The notes under the pieces were generated by a model. It saw only the letters and a program-made list of their open reading frames with translations. It did not search any database and was not told the DNA's origin. This document shows, piece after piece, positions 9,856 through 16,113 of a stretch of DNA of 40,593 nt; the stretch's first letter is position 1; the number at the start of each line of letters is the position of its first letter. A program made the position numbers and the translations under genes. The DNA comes from a virus: positions 1 to 40,593 of the IMG/VR virus record IMGVR_UViG_3300045988_115300. The stretch is one strand, 5' to 3'.

Positions 9856-9873
9856 AGGGGGCGAAAGCCCCCT
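9856..9873 (+). promoter_or_regulatory. GC-rich hairpin with GAAA tetraloop downstream of VR (DGR target-recognition-type structure)
   Basis: AGGGGGC-GAAA-GCCCCCT: a 7-bp stem, 54 nt after the last VR/TR-homologous base and 28 nt after the target stop codon. Confidence 0.6.
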
Positions 9874-9942
9874 AATCACCCTCGTATGACTCTTGGTAAT
9901 ATTTCAGGGATTCGTGACGGTTTCGCCGGGTTCCTCCTGCTT

Positions 9943-10048
9943 TTGCAGCGCGGTGGCAATCTCAGGGACGGCTCGCACTGTGGGTTGTTCTGCGCGTACG
10001 GCAGGAACGATCTGTCGAACGCTTGGTGGAACTACGGCGGTCGCCAAT
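9943..10048 (+). repeat. DGR template repeat (TR)
   Basis: Invariant copy lying between the target gene and the RT. In the VR frame it would read LQRGGNLRDGSHCGLFCAYGRNDLSNAWWNYGGRQ. 17 of its 18 adenines fall at codon positions 1 or 2, including four AAY codons. Confidence 0.85.
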
Positions 10049-10191
10049 AGGGTATCTCTTAATTTTCCGTCACGACTACCCTCCGCGCAGGGGATATGCG
10101 AGAGGGCAAGCCTCGGCCATGCCGAAAATCAGATCAAGAACGCGGCTGGTAGCACATTGCGAACGCCGCCAACATTCCCCCTATAGCTTTT

Positions 10192-11283
10192 ATGAAAACA
10201 TACTGCAAACACTCGCGTATCACCGAACCCGGGTTCGTGCGCGACTGCATCGAGAAATTCCTGAAAGGCAAGAAGTCACGGCGTGACGTGAATGATTTCC
10301 TCCGCCGCCACCCGGACTTGGATTTGCTTTCACGGCAGATCGCCGACGAGATACGACGCGGCGAATACTCGTTCGCTCCTATCCGCTATTTCCGGCGCGT
10401 GGAGCCGATTTCAGGCAAGATACGCACCATCGGACGTGAGAGCATCCGCCATCAGATATACGATTATGTCGCCGGTCAGGCGTTGATGCCGATGCTCCGC
10501 GCGAAGGTAGGCAGATGGCAGACGGCGAGCATACCGAATCGCGGCATAGCCGATGCTCGTCGCGCGATCAAGAAATGGGTGCGCGAACCATCCAGCAGGG
10601 TGTTCGTGAAACTGGACGTGCGTAAATGCTATCCGTCGATAAGCCGTGAGGTGTTGAAACGGCTGCTCGCACGCGACGTGGGGGATAGGCGGCTGCTTGA
10701 TTTGACCTTCCATCTCATCGACCAGTATGCGGGCGATGATGGTTTGAACATCGGCTCGTATTTGAGCCAATGGCTCGCCAATTATTATCTGAGCTGCGCA
10801 TACCACTATTGTGAACGGCATCTCTCAAAGGAGCGCGTGAACCGCAGGACGGGCGAGATAACCACGAGACGGCTCGTGACGCACGTGCTCTTCTACATGG
10901 ATGACATTCTCTTGGTGGGAAGGAGCAAGCGTGACCTGACCATAGCCGTCAGACGCATCCGCGCCTACCTGCGAGACATGCTCAGATTGGAGATTCATCC
11001 GACGTGGAATGTGAAGCACGTCGGAGTGGAGCCTATCGACATGGTGGGCTTCACCTTCTACCCAGACCATACCGGCGTGCGTGCCGGTATATTCCTCCGC
11101 GCCCAACGCGCGTTCCGCCGCTACAAGCGGCATCCATCAAGTCTTCGGCTCGCATACCGTTGCGCCAGCTACTACGGCTGGCTCAAAAACAGCGATTCAA
11201 TCCAATACCGGCGCCGTCACGACGTCGATCAGATCGTCCGCCACGCAAGGAACACCATCGCGGCGCACAACAGGAAGGAATGA
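10192..11283 (+). CDS. DGR reverse transcriptase
   Basis: 363 aa; the YMDD box is in LFYMDDILLVG; NIGSYLSQWLANYYL is the [I/L/V]GxxxSQ motif typical of DGR RTs. Confidence 0.9.
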   Translation: MKTYCKHSRITEPGFVRDCIEKFLKGKKSRRDVNDFLRRHPDLDLLSRQIADEIRRGEYSFAPIRYFRRVEPISGKIRTIGRESIRHQIYDYVAGQALMPMLRAKVGRWQTASIPNRGIADARRAIKKWVREPSSRVFVKLDVRKCYPSISREVLKRLLARDVGDRRLLDLTFHLIDQYAGDDGLNIGSYLSQWLANYYLSCAYHYCERHLSKERVNRRTGEITTRRLVTHVLFYMDDILLVGRSKRDLTIAVRRIRAYLRDMLRLEIHPTWNVKHVGVEPIDMVGFTFYPDHTGVRAGIFLRAQRAFRRYKRHPSSLRLAYRCASYYGWLKNSDSIQYRRRHDVDQIVRHARNTIAAHNRKE

Positions 11284-11747
11284 CAATGATCCAGAACGTC
11301 AGCTCGGCCACGCCATTGGACGCGGTCGAATACCATCTCCGCGACGACGGACTAGCCGACATCCGCATCCGCAAGAACATCAAGCAGGTCGACCACGAGG
11401 CCACCGACCAGATGCCGGCATGGAGCGAATGGACCGCCATCGAATCCTACCAGGTGCTCCCATTGCAGGAGCAGGAGGCCGTCGAGCAGGCCGACATGCT
11501 CTTCGAAGGCGACGTCACCAGCTCCCAGCCGGTGCTCGACCGAATCACGGCGCTGGAACAGTCCTCACTGGACAACGCCCAGCTTTTGGCCGACCTCCTC
11601 GCCGACGATTCCACAGATGACTCCACCGATGATTCCGCAGATAACTCGGCCAACCACACGCCGTCCGACACCGATGTGGCCGATGACAAGACCACCACCG
11701 GCCACATCGATTCCGTCGACACAGACAAATCCGGAAAGGAGGAGTGA
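11280..11747 (+). CDS. Acidic hypothetical protein, translationally coupled to the RT
   Basis: Its ATG overlaps the RT stop (ATGA). 155 aa, with an Asp/Ser/Thr-rich tail (DDSTDDSTDDSADNS) encoded by 12-bp tandem repeats. Confidence 0.6.
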   Translation: MTMIQNVSSATPLDAVEYHLRDDGLADIRIRKNIKQVDHEATDQMPAWSEWTAIESYQVLPLQEQEAVEQADMLFEGDVTSSQPVLDRITALEQSSLDNAQLLADLLADDSTDDSTDDSADNSANHTPSDTDVADDKTTTGHIDSVDTDKSGKEE

Positions 11748-11749
11748 CC

Positions 11750-11884
11750 ATGGCCAAAGTCAACCGCGCGGCAGCCGTCCGCATGTATGTCAGACTCGTC
11801 AAGGCCGGACGCATGGAATTGGACGAAGTGCCCGAGAAATACCGAGACGATGTGCAGTCCAAGCTTGACCCCTGGGATGACTGA
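11750..11884 (+). CDS. Small XkdX-like phage protein (44 aa)
   Basis: MAKVNRAAAVRMYVRLVKAGRMELDEVPEKYRDDVQSKLDPWDD. Tightly packed (3 nt after the upstream stop; its stop overlaps the next ATG). Size and position between fibre and lysis genes resemble the XkdX family. Confidence 0.45.
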   Translation: MAKVNRAAAVRMYVRLVKAGRMELDEVPEKYRDDVQSKLDPWDD

Positions 11885-12270
11885 TGCCACCGCTTTTTTC
11901 AAGCACGGAATTCTGGACGTCTCTCATCGTTGCCCTGATCGGCGGTGGAGGAGTGGGCGCCATCATCGGCGCCATCTCCGGCAGACGCAAGGACACCGCG
12001 GACATCGCCGCGAAGGCTTGCGACATCCTCACCGATTCCGTCATCAAGCCTTTGAGGGAACAGGTCGAGTCGCAGGAGGAGCAGATTCAGCATCTGGAGG
12101 TCCAGCAGCGCAAATACTTCGCGCTCACAGCTTACACACGCTCGCTTTTCCACTGGCTCCAACAGTTTTGCGAGATCGTCGAGCCCGACTTCCTCCAAAG
12201 GCATCCGAAGCCGCACCTGCCGGACGAGCTGCGCGCCGACGTGGCTCCGGAGACCGTGGAGGGCGAATGA
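11884..12270 (+). CDS. Membrane protein with one N-terminal TM helix, possibly lysis-associated
   Basis: 128 aa; the TM segment is FWTSLIVALIGGGGVGAIIGAI, followed by a coiled-coil-like region; directly upstream of the lysis genes. Confidence 0.55.
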   Translation: MPPLFSSTEFWTSLIVALIGGGGVGAIIGAISGRRKDTADIAAKACDILTDSVIKPLREQVESQEEQIQHLEVQQRKYFALTAYTRSLFHWLQQFCEIVEPDFLQRHPKPHLPDELRADVAPETVEGE

Positions 12271-12338
12271 CCTTCGTCATCGCCTGGATCGGTCTCGCCG
12301 CGCTCGTCCTGCTTTTCAACCGTGGCGCCCACATGTGA
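12267..12338 (+). CDS. Possible 23-aa hydrophobic peptide
   Basis: MTFVIAWIGLAALVLLFNRGAHM; its ATG overlaps the upstream stop (ATGA). Too short to judge. Confidence 0.25.
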   Translation: MTFVIAWIGLAALVLLFNRGAHM

Positions 12339-12405
12339 CGCCGCCATAACCCATGAAACCCCACGTGAAAGCGTGGGGTTTCCCGTTTCTAGAGAAAGGA
12401 AATGA

Positions 12406-13674
12406 ATGCGCAAGCACAAGCCTCCGTGGCTCAAACGCTTCCGCCTGGCGGTCACCGGCGTGGTCATGGCCATCACCATGGCCGTGGCGCCAGCCGCGAT
12501 GGCCGACCTCAACGGCGTCGACATCAGCGGCTATCAGTCGGCGGATATACCGTCCGCCATCTCGGCCGACTTCGTCATCGTCAAGGCCACGCAGGGGCTC
12601 TACTGGAGCAACAACAACTACGCCACGCAACTGGCCAACGCCGACCGTACAGGCAAGGAGACCGGTGTCTACCACTTCGCCAACGGTGGTAACGCCACGG
12701 CGGAGGCCGACACCTTCGTCAACGCCGTCGCCGGACGCGTCGGACGCTCCATACTCGCCCTCGACTGGGAGCAGTGCCTCGCCTACGGGCGATACGGCTG
12801 CGCGACCGCCAACCCAAACTGGGGCAATCCGGCATGGATCCAGATATGGGTGACCCGAGTGCATGACCGCACGCAGGTCTGGCCCATCGTCTACGTCCAG
12901 CGCTCCGCGGTCTGGCAGGTCAACACCTGGGTGCGACAGCGGTGCATGCTCTGGGTGGCGCAGTACGCCAACAGTCAGCCGACCGGATACCAGCCCAGCC
13001 CATGGAACGGCGGAGCGTCCGGCGAAGGCATGACGCAGTACGCCAGCACCGGCTACATCAACGGGCGCGGCCCGCTCGACCTCAACCGTTTCTACGGCGA
13101 TCGAACCGCCTGGAAGAAGATTGCCTGCGGCGAACGCGCCGGATGCTCCACCGGGACCGTCACCACGGCCCCACAGGTCAACAAGCCAGCGGAGCAGACG
13201 CCGACCGACCTCAACGTGCTGGCCGACAAGGTCATCCACGGAGACTATGGCAACGGCCAGGAGAGAATCAATCGCCTCGGCGGCAACTACAACGCCGTCA
13301 TGGCGATCGTCAACTCCAAGCTCGGCGGCGGATCCTCCACTCAGACCACCGTGACCCGCACGCCGTCCCGCACCTACGTGGTCCGTTCCGGCGACACCGT
13401 GTCGGCCATCGCCGAGCGTACCGGCCTTAAGCCGGCCTCCGCGTGGCGCGTGCCTTCCGGCAACATCAACCGGATCTACGTTGGCCAGACGATCACCTAC
13501 TACGGCTCCGTCTCCACGACTGCAGCTCCGTCCACGACCTACTACGGCTCCACTCACGTGGTCAGTGCAGGCGAGAGCCTGTGGAAGATCTACGGCGCCG
13601 GCTGGTATGCCGCGGCTCAGCGCAACGGCATCCGCCCGCCGTACACCATCTACCCAGGCCAGCGGCTCCGCTGA
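12406..13674 (+). CDS. Endolysin: signal peptide + GH25 muramidase + Cpl-7-like repeat + 2 LysM domains
   Basis: The N-terminus MRKHKPPWLKRFRLAVTGVVMAITMAVAPAAMA|D looks like a Sec signal. NGVDISGYQ...VIVKATQG is a GH25 signature. VIHGDYGNGQERINRLGGNYNAVMAIVN is Cpl-7-like. Two LysM-like blocks follow (YVVRSGDTVSAIA..., HVVSAGESLWKIY...). Confidence 0.9.
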   Translation: MRKHKPPWLKRFRLAVTGVVMAITMAVAPAAMADLNGVDISGYQSADIPSAISADFVIVKATQGLYWSNNNYATQLANADRTGKETGVYHFANGGNATAEADTFVNAVAGRVGRSILALDWEQCLAYGRYGCATANPNWGNPAWIQIWVTRVHDRTQVWPIVYVQRSAVWQVNTWVRQRCMLWVAQYANSQPTGYQPSPWNGGASGEGMTQYASTGYINGRGPLDLNRFYGDRTAWKKIACGERAGCSTGTVTTAPQVNKPAEQTPTDLNVLADKVIHGDYGNGQERINRLGGNYNAVMAIVNSKLGGGSSTQTTVTRTPSRTYVVRSGDTVSAIAERTGLKPASAWRVPSGNINRIYVGQTITYYGSVSTTAAPSTTYYGSTHVVSAGESLWKIYGAGWYAAAQRNGIRPPYTIYPGQRLR

Positions 13675-13739
13675 CCGGACCCCGGCTCCGCGATTTAACC
13701 GTGGAGCCGGTTCACGCAACATTAAAAAGGAGGTGGAAA

Positions 13740-13979
13740 ATGGACGAAAACAACAAGACCAAGCTCGACTATCTGCTGCCGGACAAGGTGTATCAGGCGC
13801 TCAAGTGGGTCGCGCTGATCGCCCTTCCGGCCGTCGCCGTGTTCGTGCAGGCGGTCGGCCCCGCTTGGGGTCTGCCGCATATCGACCAGATCGTGACCAC
13901 GCTCAACGCGTTGAGCGTGCTGGTCGGCGCATTGATCGGCGTGAGCGAGCTTAAAGCCAAGCTCTCACTTGCGGCCTGA
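13740..13979 (+). CDS. Holin (Dp-1-like family)
   Basis: 79 aa; AAAAGGAGGTGGAAAATG; LPDKVYQALKWVALIALPAVAVFVQAVG...LNALSVLVGALIGV gives two TM helices. Confidence 0.75.
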   Translation: MDENNKTKLDYLLPDKVYQALKWVALIALPAVAVFVQAVGPAWGLPHIDQIVTTLNALSVLVGALIGVSELKAKLSLAA

Positions 13980-14011
13980 TTGACCATTTTCCTAACGTCG
14001 GGAGAATGGAT

Positions 14012-14055
14012 GCCCCTCTCTCAGCTTCTGCGCTGGGGGAGGGGCTTTTCTTGTT
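14012..14055 (+). terminator. Rho-independent terminator ending the late operon
   Basis: GCCCCTC (14012-14018) pairs with GAGGGGC (14039-14045), followed by TTTTCTTGTT. Confidence 0.6.
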
Positions 14056-14406
14056 ATTCGGAGTGTTTGCGTGGTCGTCCGCCGCCGTCGCGGCGGCCCG
14101 GTGGTTTTGTGCGAATACCGTCTGGATCACGCTCACGGCGAGACGAATGTCCGCCGTCATGGGGTATCGTTGCAATCGAACTTGAGACCCGGACCTGCTT
14201 TGCTGGTGGGCAGGGTTTCGGGTTCGAAGCGTGTGGCTGGCTGCCGCAGGCATCCGATGGCGAGTCGATGCGCCATCAGCGAGAGCTGGATGTCTCGCCC
14301 AACGGCTGGGCCAGACGGTTGAGACCAACCGGAGCCGTGACCCTTCCCGCGCAAACGGGACGCTAGTCATGCAGAAGACTGTAAAAAGATCAGCCACACG
14401 GCTTCG

Positions 14407-14440
14407 GAGGGGCGCTTGGTCGGTGCCCCTCTTTTAATTT
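14407..14440 (+). terminator. Rho-independent terminator
   Basis: GAGGGGC (14407-14413) pairs with GCCCCTC (14425-14431), followed by TTTTAATTTT. Confidence 0.55.
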
Positions 14441-14458
14441 TCTGGGAGGATTCCGGGC

Positions 14459-15013
14459 GTGAACGTGACCGAGGCGAAGCGGCGGATGCTTGGCGAGGCC
14501 CGAAAGGCAGCCCGACTATACGCCAATCTCGTCGGAACGATCACGAGAATCGCATGCGACGACGGGATGACGCTGGACATCCAATGGAAGGCCTCGAACT
14601 TCGCCCACCTATGCGGCCTGGAATACTACGCTGACGACAACCGCACCCGCAGACTTCCCGCCCGACGCCTGTACACCGACCTCCTGTCCGGCCATGGGAT
14701 CTCGGTGAAAAGGGTCGCGCCCACCGGAGACGCGCGATGGCTCGCGAGGAAGACCGACGTGATAGCCAGCGCATTCGCACTGAACGACGCATCCATGGTG
14801 GTTGAATCAGGCAACAGCCGGATACGCCTCTACATGGGAAACACAGTCTGGTGCATCGGCCTCGGAAGAAGCGGAGAGGACGGCCCCTACTATCCGCAAT
14901 CCCTACGCAAGGGGAACGCGGCCAAGGAAAAAATGCCAGGAACCCAGATCCACCATGTAGTCTCGATCAAATACCTGAACACGGCACAGTGCCACCCATC
15001 GATCCAAGACTGA
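14459..15013 (+). CDS. Hypothetical moron protein, possibly a BECR-fold (PBECR4-like) nuclease/toxin
   Basis: 184 aa; GTG start with a GGGAGGA RBS. The motif KASNFAHLCGLEYY and the overall size recall phage PBECR-type proteins (from memory, not searched). It lies between the lysis and integration modules. Confidence 0.6.
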   Translation: MNVTEAKRRMLGEARKAARLYANLVGTITRIACDDGMTLDIQWKASNFAHLCGLEYYADDNRTRRLPARRLYTDLLSGHGISVKRVAPTGDARWLARKTDVIASAFALNDASMVVESGNSRIRLYMGNTVWCIGLGRSGEDGPYYPQSLRKGNAAKEKMPGTQIHHVVSIKYLNTAQCHPSIQD

Positions 15014-15038
15014 CAACATCCAACCTCCAACAACAAAA

Positions 15039-15072
15039 CCGCCCCGGCGCTCGCGGATGAGCGCCGGGGCGG
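15039..15072 (-). terminator. Terminator hairpin for the leftward xis operon (convergent with 14459-15013)
   Basis: 14-bp stem CCGCCCCGGCGCTC/GAGCGCCGGGGCGG with a 6-nt loop. The minus strand continues with a T-rich tract (complement of CAACAACAAAA). Confidence 0.6.
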
Positions 15073-15075
15073 ACG

Positions 15076-15276
15076 TCACTCCGCCGGATGCTTGCGCGGC
15101 CTGCCACCGCCGACTCCGCGTCCGGGGCGTTGCGCGTTCCATTGGTCGATGGTCTCTGGCAGCCAGCCGCGCGTGCGGCCGATGGTTACGTCCGGCTCGG
15201 GCAGGTCGTAGGAGGCGGCGTTGGCGACGCCGAGGCGTTCGGAGACCTGTTTGATGCCGAGGTATTCAGTCGTCAT
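15076..15276 (-). CDS. xis: Excisionase / AlpA-MerR-type HTH DNA-binding protein
   Basis: 66 aa; MTTEYLGIKQVSERLGV...GWLPETIDQWNAQRPGRG; near the integrase and the attP-like region. Confidence 0.65.
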   Translation of the reverse strand: MTTEYLGIKQVSERLGVANAASYDLPEPDVTIGRTRGWLPETIDQWNAQRPGRGVGGGRPRKHPAE

Positions 15277-15430
15277 CGTCCCTCCTGTCCCTGATGAGCG
15301 TGGCGATGCTCCAGATTCCCGCCGCGAGTCCGAACAGTCCGGCCTGCCATGCTTTCCCGGCGCAGCCGAGCGAGAGCGATGTCAGGCCGCATACGATGCC
15401 GCATACGGCGAACAGTGTGCTTGTCTTCAT
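15266..15430 (-). CDS. Small membrane protein (54 aa, two TM helices)
   Basis: Hand translation: MKTSTLFAVCGIVCGLTSLSLGCAGKAWQAGLFGLAAGIWSIATLIRDRRDDDD. Its 3' end overlaps the xis ATG. Confidence 0.45.
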   Translation of the reverse strand: MKTSTLFAVCGIVCGLTSLSLGCAGKAWQAGLFGLAAGIWSIATLIRDRRDDDD

Positions 15431-15450
15431 GATGGGTCATGAAATAGGAT

Positions 15451-15492
15451 GGAACCGGAGGGTTCCGGGCAGTAGGAGTGCTCGGAACCCTC
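15451..15492 (-). promoter_or_regulatory. Mutually exclusive hairpins (attenuator-like) between the 35-aa ORF and downstream genes
   Basis: GGAACC(15451-56)/GGTTCC(15461-66) competes with GAGGGTTCC(15458-66)/GGAACCCTC(15484-92) for the same GGTTCC segment. Confidence 0.4.
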
Positions 15493-15495
15493 TTG

Positions 15496-15603
15496 TCATC
15501 TGCCGTGCCTAGGCGGCTTTCTGAGCGAGATGACCAGCGCCGCCAGTGCGATGATGTTGCTTGTCACCGAGCTGATGGCGTTTACGATGTCCGTCCATTT
15601 CAT
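15496..15603 (-). CDS. 35-aa hydrophobic peptide (leader or small membrane protein)
   Basis: MKWTDIVNAISSVTSNIIALAALVISLRKPPRHGR. A perfect AAGGAGG lies 5 nt upstream of the ATG, and a sigma-70-like promoter lies just upstream. Confidence 0.5.
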   Translation of the reverse strand: MKWTDIVNAISSVTSNIIALAALVISLRKPPRHGR

Positions 15604-15622
15604 GTTCACCTCCTTTCCTTTG

Positions 15623-15651
15623 TTGACATAAACTATTGTATCAAATATATA
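15623..15651 (+). promoter_or_regulatory. Rightward sigma-70-like promoter (TTGACA-17-TATATA), overlapping the leftward one
   Basis: TTGACA 15623-15628, a 17-nt spacer, then TATATA 15646-15651. It points toward the attP-like region and int. Confidence 0.35.
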
Positions 15652-15663
15652 TAAGTAATGCAA
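15635..15663 (-). promoter_or_regulatory. Leftward sigma-70-like promoter (TTGCAT-17-TACAAT)
   Basis: On the minus strand: TTGCAT (15663-15658), a 17-nt spacer, then TACAAT (15640-15635). It is positioned just upstream of the 35-aa ORF RBS. Confidence 0.45.
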
Positions 15664-15830
15664 GCCGAAACATGAAAAAACACGAGAAAAAATCAGCGGA
15701 TTGATAGGCTCGACACCATGTAAGGTTGGAAATGGACAGAGATGGAGTCGATTACGGACCTGCCTTCACCGCTCTAGCTGTTTCACGACGTCAAAAAAAT
15801 AGCCGATTTTCATATATTTGAGACAGTGTA

Positions 15831-15855
15831 GAGGTGGTAGCCTGAGTGGTAAATC
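15831..15855 (+). repeat. Candidate integrase arm-type site pair (GTGGTA-N6-GAGTGGTAAA)
   Basis: gaggtggtagcctgagtggtaaatc; 18/25 identical to 16062-16086, same orientation, 231 bp apart, in the A+T-rich region upstream of int. Confidence 0.45.
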
Positions 15856-16061
15856 ATCACGCAGGCATATAAAAAGCCAATAAACAGAACGGTTTTCAGA
15901 GAATCAGCGATATTTCTGCTGGAAAACTGGAACAAATAGCGCTCGCCGACGCGCGCTCCACAAAAACGTTGGAATCAAGCCGTTTCCAGCGTACATATCA
16001 TCGATACGCCATTTTGAAACGCGGGAATTTTTGACCAAAAATAGACTCATACGCCACAATT

Positions 16062-16086
16062 GGAGTGGTAATTCGAGTGGTAAAGC
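16062..16086 (+). repeat. Candidate integrase arm-type site pair (second copy)
   Basis: ggagtggtaattcgagtggtaaagc; see 15831-15855. Confidence 0.45.
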
Positions 16087-16113
16087 TCCACCACCTCAAC
16101 CGGGGGATGTGTC

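Larger units (their letters stand above)
8256..11283 (+). mobile_element. Diversity-generating retroelement cassette (target-VR, hairpin, TR, RT)
   Basis: See component features. The 106-bp TR/VR pair has adenine-specific mismatches and lies next to an RT with YMDD and IGSYLSQ motifs. Confidence 0.85.

Noticed and set aside
9828-10191. Search for an Avd-like accessory gene or other ORF between the DGR target and the RT (ORFs 9893-10186 and 10023-10286)
   Set aside because: These ORFs run across the TR and spacer, have junk composition and lack an RBS. The region is better explained as the non-coding TR-spacer RNA.
12316-13722. 468-aa minus-strand ORF opposite the endolysin gene
   Set aside because: Shadow ORF with Gly/Arg/Val-rich composition. 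The + strand frame has clear GH25, Cpl-7 and LysM motifs.
13980-14437. ORFs 13980-14366, 14071-14322 and 14231-14437 (+ strand) and 13951-14397 (- strand) as genes
   Set aside because: There is no RBS, the translations are Arg/Pro/Gly-rich, and the frames overlap one another. The region is treated as non-coding (see finding).
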